A DNA stretch of 63,106 nt, the filler included, from Bonamia ostreae (Eukaryota): the NCBI GenBank assembly GCA_040357525.1. It is 27 parts of 27 records of this genome, joined end to end, with 100 filler letters (N's around TTAATTAATTAA, not from the genome) between each part and the next. Parts side by side here need not be neighbours in the genome. Positions count along the whole stretch, not along the records: positions 49,255 to 51,484 come from JBDODL010000957.1; positions 51,585 to 53,812 come from JBDODL010000958.1; positions 53,913 to 56,137 come from JBDODL010000959.1; positions 56,238 to 58,461 come from JBDODL010000960.1; positions 58,562 to 60,784 come from JBDODL010000961.1; positions 60,885 to 63,106 come from JBDODL010000962.1; 21 more parts are not named here. One strand, given 5' to 3'. Below the pieces are notes generated by a model. It did no database searches and was not told where the DNA came from. It saw only the letters and a program-made list of their open reading frames with translations. Positions 50,346 to 62,400 of the stretch are shown piece after piece. Position numbers and translations under genes: made by a program. Within the stretch, counting starts at the first letter, position 1; every line of letters starts with the position of its first letter.

Positions 50346-50401
50346 TATAAGCTTAATGGCTAAATGTGATTTTCTCGAATTAGATATTTGGCCTTAACGA
50401 G

Positions 50402-50897
50402 ATGGCTAAATTTTATAGCAACGGTGTCCGTCTTCCGGTGTTTAGTGTCAACTCTAAAAACATTCGCATTTTAAGATCGCCGTCTGACTTTTATAGAAAT
50501 TTACTTGTTAAATTATTGCAAATTATCTTGAACATATGAAGGAGCTTACCAAAACTGCGAGAAGCCGCATATCTTTATCGTCACTTTACATAGGGAACGA
50601 TATGATGAGCAAAGAAATGGTGTCCAAAGCCGTTTTGAACAAAAGAGAGAATCCCGGCTTAAAACTCAATGTTGTCTTGGATTTCTATAGGGCGACTAGA
50701 GATTTTAAAAATTCTTCTGTGCAAACGCTAAAACCTCTAATTAATATGAAAAGTGTTTTTTCGCATATCGATATCTGTCTTTTTCTTAACCCAAAACATA
50801 ACATCCTCTCCGGCTATCTGCCGGAGAGGGTGAAAGAAATTTTTGGGGTGCAACATTCTAAAATTTACGCTTTTGATGATAACGTTATACTCTCCGG
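50402..50897 (+). CDS. PGS1: Phosphatidylglycerophosphate synthase (PLD type), 5' part
   Basis: IRILRSPSDFY; RISLSSLYIG; VLDFYRATR; GVQHSKIYAFDDNVILSG. 35-nt intron 50507-50541. Confidence 0.9.
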
Positions 50898-50996
50898 GTT
50901 TTTTCTAAGATTTCTGTAAATCTAAAGTCGCAATTTGACAAAATTTAAATAACTTTACACCGTCTATATTTTTCCTATTAAGATTTTTAAATTGTT

Positions 50997-51484
50997 AATC
51001 TCGTCTTTATTATTGTTTTTATAAAATCTGGTCTTTATTATTGTTCTGTAAAATGGTCAAATCTCGTCTTTATTATTGTTCTGTAAAATGGTCAAATCTG
51101 GTCTTTATTATTGTTCTGTAAAATGGTCAAATCTATTCTTTATTATTGTTTTATAAAATGGTCAAATCTCGTCTTTATTATTGTTTTGTAAATGGTCAAA
51201 TCTGGTCTTTATTATTGTTTTATAAAATGGTCAAATCTCGTCTTTATTGTTGTTTTATAAAATGATCAAATCTGGTCTTTTTATTGTTCTGTAAAATGGT
51301 CAAATCTCGTCTTTATTATTGTTTTGTAAATGGTCAAATCTGGTCTTTATTATTGTTTTATAAAATGGTCAAATCTCGTCTTTATTGTTGTTTTATAAAA
51401 TGATCAAATCTGGTCTTTTTATTGTTCTGTAAAATGGTCAAATCTCGTCTTTATTATTGTTTTGTAAATGGTCAAATCTGGTCT
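50997..51484. repeat. 34-35-bp minisatellite with 138-bp higher-order period, running off the contig
   Basis: Unit aaatggtcaaatct(c/g)gtctttattattgtt(c/t)t(g/a)ta; the variant tgatcaaa recurs at 51263 and 51401. Confidence 0.92.
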
Positions 51485-51835
51485 NNNNNNNNNNNNNNNN
51501 NNNNNNNNNNNNNNNNNNNNNNNNNNNNTTAATTAATTAANNNNNNNNNNNNNNNNNNNNNNNNNNNNNNNNNNNNNNNNNNNNTGCTTGTACTTTTTAT
51601 TCCTAAAGGAATATCCAACTAGTTTTGAGATGGCCATTTTTATGTTGACGTTTTAGCAAAAAAGCTAATTATATAGAAAACGTTAATCTTTAATGATTTG
51701 ATGGCCGTAATAGAAGTTTAGCAATTTTAATGTTTGTTGTGTTTAAATATTGTAACAGTTTTAAGTCGAAGTTTGATTTGGCAAAAATTGTTAAAAAGTC
51801 GTCGTTTTTATAAAAACGGCAAAAGCAAAGTCGAT

Positions 51836-52060
51836 TTATCTTTTGTTTACAATTGTTAGAGAATTAAACTTTTCAAAATGGGAAGTTGTGCCAAGTTGAC
51901 TTTTTGTTTTAGCTTTTCTAGAAGGTTGTCTCCGCTTTTTCGAAGCAATCGCTTTTTTCTCTGTCTTCTTTGAATCGCTGTGATTTCTAAGACAAAAAAT
52001 TATAATTGTCGAAAGCACAGCGCATGCAGCTGCCATTATATATCTTTCTGTAATCACCAT
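51836..52060 (-). CDS. Small protein with N-terminal TM and basic tail
   Basis: 74-aa ORF; no family recognised; may be spliced further. Confidence 0.45.
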   Translation of the reverse strand: MVITERYIMAAACAVLSTIIIFCLRNHSDSKKTEKKAIASKKRRQPSRKAKTKSQLGTTSHFEKFNSLTIVNKR

Positions 52061-52922
52061 TTAGGTCAATTTTTATGATGAATTATTAAGTTCTGTTAGG
52101 CTTAACAAATTTGCTTTTTGTTATTATTTAATAGTATTGAATTTTGTTAATGATTTTTAAAATATTTTCTGTTTTGGTTTGATTGAATGCTCAAAATTTT
52201 GTGGTTCAAATTAAATAAATTTTCAATTTTAGTTCGAAAATGATTTTTGGTTCAAATTAAATAATTTTGTTTTTGTTATTTTATTGTTATAAATGGTTCT
52301 GTGCTAATTTTAAATTCGTTTTTTGCCCAAGTTGGTGTTTAAATTTTATAAAATAAAAAAATCGTTAAATTTTGAGGTCCATTACTACTACAAAACGTTT
52401 TGTTATAAATAGTTTAATCAAATCTAATATTTTCGGAAAACAAAATAATGGAAACAAATCATTTTTCAAACAATTTTTGTAGAAGCAAAAAAAGTACCAA
52501 AATAGCAACAGTTTTCGCATTAAAAAATAAAATTTGATGATAAAGATTTGATTATACTGAATCTTTAGAAGCGCTTGGCAATAAAATTGGGCCATATTTA
52601 TTTCTGCAGAGAAAACAATGATAACAATAACAATAATGACAACAATAACAACAAACCAGACAACTCTTAGTGAAACAAAGAGTACAAAACTTTGTTAAAG
52701 TAAAAAAAAGTTGCAAAAAAGATAAAATTGTTAAAACACTAAAAATGAATGAAAACATTGAAATTCTAAAAACTGAAAGAAACGAAGATCTTTGCAGAAA
52801 CGAAAGCTGACCACAAAAACTGGGAAACATAATTTAAATCTACTTAAAGCAAAAAGACAAATTTTCAATTTTTGGTTTCCATTTAATTTTGTTTTAAAAC
52901 AAAAAAAAGCAATAATATTTAA

Positions 52923-53386
52923 TCATCGAAATCCTTTATGCGCCATCAAAACGAACTCTAAAATTCAGAAAAGTGAACCATCGTACGAAATCCCTCTGTT
53001 CTCATTTCTCGAAAACTCTTTTACAATCCGATCAGATTCCTCCTCAGTAACAGCAATGCCAAGAGCATTCAATCCCGTGTGCAAATCCTTTTTAGTTATA
53101 TAACCGCTTCCTGATTTATCCAAAACTGCAAAAGCTTCTTCAACCACTTTCATTGCTCTTAAATTCGTTTCAGTCTTTTTATCGATTTGTTGAATTTTGA
53201 ATATTTTTGCAAAATAATTTGAGTTGATATAACCATATTTTTAAGTTCTTTGTTGATTTGGTTGATATAACCAGTAAATTGACCAACTTCCATTTTCAAA
53301 ACTTGCTTAGCAACTTTCGGGTCAATCTTATCTCCCATGTTCTTTATATAAACCTTCGAAAATTCCAAAAGCTCTTTATTGCTCAT
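52923..53386 (-). CDS. Calmodulin/centrin-like EF-hand protein
   Basis: EEAFAVLDKSGSGYITKKDL...ISYD|EFVLM. Introns 52958-52978, 53175-53233 and probably 53248-53271. Confidence 0.82.
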
Positions 53387-53487
53387 TATTAGATAACTTT
53401 AATATAAATAACTGATTGCGAGCTTTAAAATATATTGGAGCTGTTTATATAATTTTTGTTCATAAAAAATTCAATAAATTTATTAAA

Positions 53488-53812
53488 TCACGACAGAATT
53501 TTGTTTTTGAAATTCTCTTGTGCTGTTTTGGTCGGTTGAAAGGGAACAAACCATCGCAACGAAAACGGTTCTCCAAAAGTTTCTTTTAAGTTGACCATAA
53601 ATGGCCTCTTTTTAATTTTGCTTTAAAACCTTTTCATTCTTTTTATTTTTCAATTTGTCGATGTTGGCCGTGTTGCTATAAATGACGCTTATTTGGTCGA
53701 ACAACATTATCCCCGCTAAATTGCTTTTAGAAATAAAACTGAATAGTCCGAACAAGGTTCCTTCGAAAGCGATGAGAAAGATGAAAATTAAAGAAATGGG
53801 ATCGGTATTGTT
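53488..53812 (-). CDS. DHHC palmitoyltransferase (ZDHHC3/7-like), C-terminal part
   Basis: FEGTLFGLF|TGIMLFDQI..IYSNTANIDKLK...NLKETFGEPFSLRWFVPF. Introns 53716-53739 and 53608-53629. Confidence 0.85.
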
Positions 53813-54257
53813 NNNNNNNNNNNNNNNNNNNNNNNNNNNNNNNNNNNNNNNNNNNNTTAATTAATTAANNNNNNNNNNNNNNNNNNNNNNNNNNNNNNNN
53901 NNNNNNNNNNNNTTTATTTTTTTATTAGATTGTTTTAATGGTGTGTTTATGTTGTTGTTTGTTTTTCTTTTCATGTAATTTTTTTATTTTTGATTTACTT
54001 TATGTTGTTTGAATGATTATTTTGTTTCACAAATGAATATTTTCTTGTATATAAAAGTGTTATATTATCTGGTCTTATATATTTATATATTATTTTTTTG
54101 TTACTAAATTTTATAAAATTAATGTTAATAACATTATTCTAAATTTAAAATATTGCAATTTTTTTTGAATGTTAACAACCCATTTTAAAAAATTTTGTGT
54201 TATCAGAGCTTTACTGATATTATTATATTAAAAGAGCATATACGTATCCTAAATTTT

Positions 54258-56137
54258 ATGGACGATCTAGAAACGCCCAAAAAGAACAAAACCAACGATA
54301 GTTCCGACGAAAACAGTCACAAAAAACCAAAAATAGAGGAAATTCGCTCGTTGATAGACGAAATGAACGAAAGCGAAGACGACTACAACGATTTTGACAA
54401 AAACGACAACATCAGAGTTCAAATCGAGAAAACTCCCGTTTCCTTCGAGGACTCTGCCGAAGAAACACAGATCTTAAAAGAAAACGTAAAAAACGAGCAA
54501 AAAGCGTCTGACAAAACAAATAGCGAAAATGTCCAAAAAATGCCCAAAAACAATGAAAATGACGAACAAACGACCGACAAAAAGCCAAAACACAAAATCG
54601 ATAAAAACATCGAAACACAAAAAAATTATAAATCGCCTTCGAAAAAACACCGAAAATGGAAATTAAGTGATTTCGAGATTGGGAAGCTCCTCGGAAAAGG
54701 AAAATTCGGCAGCGTTTATTTGGTTCGAGAACGAAAAAGCAAATTCATTTGCGCTTTGAAAGTTATGTTTAAGAGCCAGCTCAGTAAAGCGAAAGTGCAA
54801 CATCAGCTCCAACGAGAAATAGAAATTCAAGCGCATCTCAAACACCCAAATATTCTGCGTCTTTACGGCTATTTTTACGACGAGAAAAGAGTTTATCTTA
54901 TTCTGGAATACGCCGCGCAAGGCGAACTTTTCAAATTGCTTCGAAAACTTGGTCGTTTCGAGGAAAAGCAAGCTTCTTGTTATATCAGAGATATCGGTTT
55001 TTGTCGATGATTGATCTATTGTTCATTTTCTATTTATTATTTTTGTAAAATCTGATTTTCGATCTTTTAATATTTCTATTTTTGGAAGATTTTTAATGGC
55101 GCTTTTAATGTAATAAAACTCAAAATTTTAATTTAATGGCGCTTTTAATGCAATAAAACTTTTATAAAATTTTAATTTAATGGCGTGTTTTAATGCAATA
55201 AATCTTTATTTCTAAACTGATTTTTAATGCAATAAAACTTTTATAAAATTTTAATTTAATGGCGCTTTTAATGCAATAAATCTTAATTTCTAAACTGATT
55301 TTTAATGCTATTTCTAATGGCAAATTTCTTCTATTAAAACTATAAAATGTTGCATTAATGGCAGATGTGCCAATTTTACAATTTGATATAAAAATCAAAA
55401 CAATTTTATAAAAAGCCAAAGCTCTTCATTACTGTCACAAAAGAAATGTTTTGCACAGAGACATAAAACCAGAAAATCTGCTTTTAAGTTTGACAGGAGA
55501 AGTCCAAATTGGCGATTTTGGATGGTCAGTGCAAACTATAAACGAGCGAAGAAAAACAATGTGCGGAACTTTGGACTATTTGTCGCCCGAAATGGTCGAC
55601 GAAAAGGAATATGACAGTTCATTATCAAAATTTTTGCAAAAATCATCCATTTTAGTAAAATCCAAAAGTTGAGAAACTTGTCCTTTTTAAAATCTCAAAT
55701 AACAAATAACAAATAACAAAATTTCGTTCCAAAAAATTGCCAAAACTTGAATTTTTTTTTAAAAGCTAAAAACATTTAATAGAAAATGTCGATTTATGGT
55801 CTTTAGGAGTGCTGACATATGAACTCATTGTAGGAAGACCTCCCTTTGAGGCGATCGACCAAAAAGACACGCTTTCAAGAATTAGAAAAGTGCACATTCG
55901 TTTTCCATCTTACGTAAGTGAAAGCGCAAAAGATTTTATTTTAAAAGTTAAATTTTGGTCTCTGTTTATTCAATTTTAACAAATCAAAGCTATTTTCTCA
56001 TAATCCATAAACATTCCAAATTTATTTAAAGCTCCTTGTAAAAGATCCAAAATCAAGAATGAGCTTGAAAAAGGTTTTCGAACATTCTTTTTTGGAGAAA
56101 AATAAAAGAAACAATAACGAAATTTCTCAGTCTTATG
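54258..56137 (+). CDS. Aurora kinase
   Basis: [62 protein letters not shown]. Introns 54997-55415, 55617-55782 and 55947-56031. Confidence 0.95.
55091..55320. repeat. Patchwork tandem repeats inside Aurora intron 1
   Basis: ttaatggcgcttttaatgcaataaa and ttctaaactgatttttaatgc recur several times. Confidence 0.75.
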
Positions 56138-57554
56138 NNNNNNNNNNNNNNNNNNNNNNNNNNNNNNNNNNNNNNNNNNNNTTAATTAATTAANNNNNNN
56201 NNNNNNNNNNNNNNNNNNNNNNNNNNNNNNNNNNNNNGTAACTGAATTGAATCACTTTCCATCTTCTATAAATTGTTGAGTTAAAAATAATAAAGTAATA
56301 TTTTTGATTGTGATATTTTTGATGCAAAATTAAATTCTTTATTATGATATTTAAATATGGCTGAAATTTTATCTGAATATTTTTGCAAAATATTTAAAAT
56401 TTTATTCCAGAAAAATGATTGGTACAATAACTTGAATAGATAACTCTATGGATACAAAGTTTCCAGGTTAGGGAAAATAAAAGCACAACTAATCAACTTT
56501 AATGCTAAAAGGTCAAAAGGGAATGACTTTTATTATCAGATCTAATTTTTTATTATTATTTCAACAGAAGATCACATCTTCAATGGGCAAAAATGAAATA
56601 ATTTTACAGTTGAATCTACTTTCACGAATAGAAACTATCGACAGCGAATTGTCTAGTTGAGACATTTAGCGATTTCAGCGCAAATCTAAAGAAAAGTAAA
56701 GTATTTTGAAAAAAGAATGTCTTTTAGATGACGTAACTGAAACAAACGAACATTTCATTAGTAAAAAATTGCTAAGACTAATCATTTATTTAAAGTTACA
56801 TAACAAAGACATTTATTTTTTTATATAAATGATTCGTTCTAGTTAATATCGGTTTTTGTTGCTCATTGCCGTATGAAAATTAAATAACTAGTACAGTTAT
56901 CAGCGACATCATAACAAACGATTTATTCTAATATCTTTTTACAGATTTTTAGAAAATCTTCAAATCTTTGAATAAGAAATCGATATTTTCTTTAACAAAT
57001 AACTGCACATTTTACTTTATACTTGATCGATTTTTGCATCAATGATTCTCTCGGAAGAAATTTTGTATTGTTCGATGCCTTAATTTTAACGGAATTGGTA
57101 CTTTGTGTTATAAATACACAAAGACAGAACATTGCGCAATAAATCAATCAATAACGCAGAGAAACTATTATTGAATAGGTACATTGAATATTGGAATGTA
57201 TTTAAAATCGATGAAAATTGTCTGTAAATGGAAAGATCTAGTACTTTCGGGTCTGGTCAGCCTTCCGCAAACTGGTTTCGACATAAAATCTAACAAAAAA
57301 TTACAAAAATAATCACGTATTGAATACACACCGAATTAATTATTGAATACAAAAATAATTACAAAATTAATTGAATTCCAAAAATAATCTCGAAAAATTA
57401 GATAAAAATAGAATGAATGAAATAATTTAGCTTTGCTAAATATATCCAAAATTATAGCAATAGATTAGCCAAACCGTTTTTATACAGCAAATCAATACTA
57501 AACTTGCATCAAAAAATATAGCAACAGTCTAAATTTTAGCTTCTGCAAAAATTC

Positions 57555-57872
57555 ATGCAAAAAAGAAGATACAGACCCGGTCAAAAAGCTCTAAAAGAAA
57601 TAAGATATTATCAAAAATCAACAGATCTTCTGATAAGAAAACTCCCTTTTTCGCGATTGGTCAAACAAATCTCGGATGAAATTTCTGACGATTTGAGATT
57701 TCAAGCGAAAGCTGTCGAAGCACTTCAAGAGGCCACAGAAGCTTATTTGGTTTCACTTTTCGAAGATGCGTTTGATTTAATTTATCCAAGTTATTTATGT
57801 TCCATTCACGCGGGAAGGGTGACGTTGATGCCGAAAGATATTTATCTCGCCAGGCGATTGCGTGGTGCGTGA
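57555..57872 (+). CDS. Divergent histone H3 variant, probably centromeric (CenH3/CENP-A-like), 98 aa
   Basis: [29 protein letters not shown]; removing the 21-nt intron 57770-57790 gives [21 protein letters not shown]. Confidence 0.85.
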   Translation: MQKRRYRPGQKALKEIRYYQKSTDLLIRKLPFSRLVKQISDEISDDLRFQAKAVEALQEATEAYLVSLFEDAFDLIYPSYLCSIHAGRVTLMPKDIYLARRLRGA

Positions 57873-58169
57873 TAAATTTTTTTTAAATCAATTTATTTTG
57901 TGCATATAAATTTTTATAACTATTTACTGATACCGATCACATCTAAAACATTTTTGCACCACGATTTCCTAATTAGTTTCAAATCGAGATTTTGGTTTTC
58001 GAGATTAAATTTGACAGTTTTTAGCAAATCTTGTTCATGTCCTTCAAATTTATTGAATAAGTTTTTTGCGAGAGTTTCTTCGGATTGAAAAAGAAACCCG
58101 TTTTGGTTTTCTTTTATCAACTCTTTAATGCTTTAAATGTTTCAACAAAATTTTCTTTTTTTTTGCTAA

Positions 58170-58461
58170 TAATAAGTGTTTGAAAATATTAGATTTTTGC
58201 CCTTTTTTTTTTATTTTTATTAAATGTTCGAAAATATTAGATTTTTCTACAATTTTGACTAATAATAAATGTTCGAAAATATTAGATTTTTTGTCCTTTT
58301 TTTATTTTTATTAAATGTTCGAAAATATTAGATTTTTTTGTCCTTTTTTTATTTTTATTAAATGTTCGAAAATATTAGATTTTTTGTCCTTTTTTTTTAT
58401 TTTTATTAAATGTTCGAAAATATTAGATTTTTTGTCCTTTTTTTATTTTTATTAAATGTTC
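58170..58461. repeat. About 46-bp minisatellite, about 6 copies, running off the contig
   Basis: Unit ttattaaatgttcgaaaatattagattttttgtccttttttattt with variable T runs. Confidence 0.9.
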
Positions 58462-61202
58462 NNNNNNNNNNNNNNNNNNNNNNNNNNNNNNNNNNNNNNN
58501 NNNNNTTAATTAATTAANNNNNNNNNNNNNNNNNNNNNNNNNNNNNNNNNNNNNNNNNNNNCACAATCATTGAAGCTCGATAAGAACATAAATAAAATAA
58601 ATGAAATATAGATGTAAGAAATGAGATATTCGGACGTGATAGGACTTGGCCACGTGAGCAACTTTACGTCATACCCCAATAACACTCAGAAATAACATCT
58701 TATTTCTAAATTGATAGCATAGGTAGCTGAGAATATAAGAAGATTTCTTATGCTTGAGCACAATGGTCCACTTTTTAATGGGGAGAAATGTCAAGACAGT
58801 TAGATCTAGTTATTTGTTTTCAAAAGTTGCGAAAGTGAAAATAACTAACAGTGACCTAATAAATTCCATATGATTAAATTCGAAAAAACAAAATAGGACA
58901 AACACAGACCCCTGAATACACTAGAGGTGTGGTGGGATGAGGAGCCCCAGAGGAGTAAACCCTGCTGACCAGTCAAACCCATCATTAACATCTTGATCAT
59001 GTGCATGGAGTAATCCATAGTAATGTACAGTGTCCAAAGGAATAGTGTTTTCTTGGGCTTTTCTTCTTTTACCTAAAGAAACCATATATTCTGTAAACGT
59101 AATTAGTATACATAATTTAAGTGGTAAGCAGTATGAGCCTGGTCAGTTCACTCAGTCAATCCTCCTAATTTCAGTTACGTGTTTTTTTTCAAAATGGCAT
59201 TGCAACATGTTCTTAATTCTTACTATGTATTCCTTTATAGTAAGAAAAGGGGTTGCCATCCAGAATATGACTATTCCAGGTGAGTGTACGCAAATATTGT
59301 TTCTGACGACAATATGACAAAATCAACAAATTAAAGCATTGTGTGAAATCAAGCGTTCATGGAGATTTCAATTACTTCAAAGTGTGTTCTTTTATTTTAG
59401 ATTCAAGACTGACAACTGTAGAAATATTTTTTCGGGAAAATGAATTACCCAAGATGTATAATATTTGCAAAGATATAATGAAGTACATGTTGGGAAGTAC
59501 ATATGCCATAAATCCAGTGGACCAGCTCGACTCAAATATTCCAACAATTTTGTTTTGCACATTGCACACAAGGCTTCCTGAAAACATTCGATGTGCTCTT
59601 AACGCAATTGGAGACAAAGGTAATTGAAGCATATTCACTGAAATTATTTACACGAAATTCGAGAAGAAAAACTATTTACATGTACAATGGACACTAATTT
59701 CGCTTCTGTTTTTAAAAGTGATAAATTTCATCATTGGTATATTTCATTTATAATTTTCATTCCTGTATGTTTCGTGTTTCTTTTTTGGGGGGAGGGGGGG
59801 GGGTCAAAAGAAACATCAAACAAATATTGTGACGTTACTTCGTATTTTTTCAAGACCCGAAAAAGATTCTCCTCGTATGCATTGAAGTTTGTGAGCTGGA
59901 TATTCGCTCACAATATGTCATACCCACAGAGACTGCAAGTGTTACAGGGGATCAACTCATTTCCACTTCGCATATTCTATACTCCAAAACACGTGGAATT
60001 TCTGACGGAAACGAATCAAAGGGGACACTAAGAAAGTGTATAGAAAATATGAGAGCAGGTAAACACAGTTACAAAATACTTTACTGATATGCATATTTAA
60101 GCCAAATCCCGTAAACTCGAAGGAAAGGAACAATTGGAAAATTCGATCGAAAAAATCCAAAATAGGTTCCCTATTAGCTTGTTGGTCACCATTTTTACAT
60201 CTATCAAAGACAATCCTAAATTCGACTCTGTCGATTTTCAGACATGTGTGTTCGTTCTGAAAACTTCATTTGAACTTGTTCACTGTATACTAACGCAAAG
60301 TATTCCAAATAGAGAATAACTGAAGATGAACAGATGAAATCCGGACCGTTAACATTTCCCTACTAAATTTTAACTAGTTTACAGACAAGTTAGTCTACAA
60401 AGAATTTCGTCTCACTAATATATTCTGTCAAAATGGTGTGTTTCCAGCTATAAAAGATTACTAAATATTGGGGACAGGATGAGAGTGAGGTGGAAAAAGC
60501 GGGTGAGGAAAAAAAAAATAGTGGGAAGGCTTTTATACATCTTTTTATGAGAGTCATAAAAAGATGTATAAAGGTTTTCTTTTTTCGTCAATAATTTACA
60601 TCAAACTGATCGCACCGGATATATGTATTCAATGGCGCTCCCATTGTATTTTGACACACACGACACAATTGACAAACCCAAACAAGAAGAGGCCCTCAAA
60701 CGTTATCAATCACCTGGGTACTACTTTAAAGAATCACTACTCCCAATGACGATGCAATCTAGAAAAATATTTTGTTCTGAATATNNNNNNNNNNNNNNNN
60801 NNNNNNNNNNNNNNNNNNNNNNNNNNNNTTAATTAATTAANNNNNNNNNNNNNNNNNNNNNNNNNNNNNNNNNNNNNNNNNNNNTGTTTAGCAAATGTCG
60901 AGCATTAAAGTTCCAAAGATTTGTTTAAATGCTGATTTTTCATTATTAGATATAATAATTATTAGCTGATTTTTCATTATTAAATGCTGATTTCTAGTAA
61001 AGATTTGATAAAGTTCCTAAATATTGTCATTTTTTGGGATTACAATTTATTTATTTCTTTATTTTATTTCGATTATAAATAAATTGAGTAGAGTTAAGCA
61101 CCAGAGCTACACTGAAAAGCTAACTTAACATTTTGTTTTTGCATAAATTAAACTTTCGAAATCCAATTTTCAAATGTATTTCTACAAAAAACTATATCGA
61201 CA

Positions 61203-62400
61203 ATGGTTCTAATATGTTTCTTGATCGTTCAACTTTCTAAAGGGGATTTTTTAAACACAAATATCGTAAGAATCAACGATTTTTTTGACAAAGTGTATGT
61301 GATAAATCTTGAGAGAAGAACCGACAGGCTTTCCACAATAAACGCTTCACTAAGGAGACTAAACGTTAGCTTTGAAACGATTAAAGCAATAGATGGCAAC
61401 AGCAAAGATTTGATAAAACAATTTAAACAACTTAAAAAAGAAGGCAAAATTTTCAGTGAACCGGGATCACTTGGGCTTTCACTAACGATGCTTAAAACAA
61501 TAAGATTGGCTAAAGAAAAAAATCACAGGAAAATATTATGGCTTGAAGATGATGCAACATTCAAACTTGATTTTAATTTTGAGTTTGACAAAGTCATCAA
61601 ACGAATTCCAAGTAATTGGACAGTCTTATATCTCGGCTGTACGTTAAAGAACACGAGAGGATGTTTTTAACTAAATTTAGTAAATTTTTTCGATGGATAT
61701 TTTGCTACCAAGAGAAGTGTTGATGGTACTTTTGCTTTGGGGATAAAAAGCAATGCTTTCGCTGATTTGATATCTCTTTTAGAAAAAAAGCTTGGAGTAA
61801 TCGATAGCATTGTTATGTCCCAATTATGTAATAAAATGGAAAAGTATTCTTGTTACTACTTTTATCCTCTTATAGTTGTGGCTGATGTCAGATCTACCGA
61901 TATAAGATACAAAAGAATCAAACAGTTTTATAAAAAATTTTAGTTCTCAGTATAGCAAAGAAGCATGGGTTATTCAAAAAAAGTATTATGAAAACAATCT
62001 GTATAACATTAAAATGGCGGATTATTATTTTCCAGACAATCACTGTTCTATGTTAGTTATATTTCTGCTTGATCCATTTAATACATTAAAAGAACACAAA
62101 ATTAATTTGAAGAAACTGCACGAACAAACTTTTAAATCGATTGATGTTACATTTATTGATTATGGACTGGATATAAAAATAAAAAATTTCTTTGAAAATA
62201 AGTATAAAAATAACTTGAGATATAATATGATTAATAAGGTTTATGTTAAATAATGAAAGAACGATTTAATCAAAAACAAAGTTTGGGAACGAAATTGCGG
62301 GAAATATATTTTTATAACTGATGGAAGAAATTTAAAGAATTTATCTGTTTTGCAAAACAAAGCAAAAAAATTTTGCACTTTTTCTGTTTTCATAATCAAA
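61203..62400 (+). CDS. Glycosyltransferase family 25 protein with a degenerate GT2-like C-terminal region (3' end approximate)
   Basis: FDKVYVINLERRTDR; AIDG; ILWLEDDA; WTVLYLG. Introns 61663-61680 (18 nt), 61925-61943 (19 nt) and 62239-62259 (21 nt). Confidence 0.82.

Noticed and set aside
50997-51484. 35-bp repeats as a CRISPR array
   Set aside because: The units are head-to-tail without unique spacers, the context is eukaryotic and there are no cas genes.
56500-57290. Minus-strand spliced gene with faint PEX2-like resemblance
   Set aside because: I could not build a consistent exon chain or find the RING motif, so it is left unannotated.
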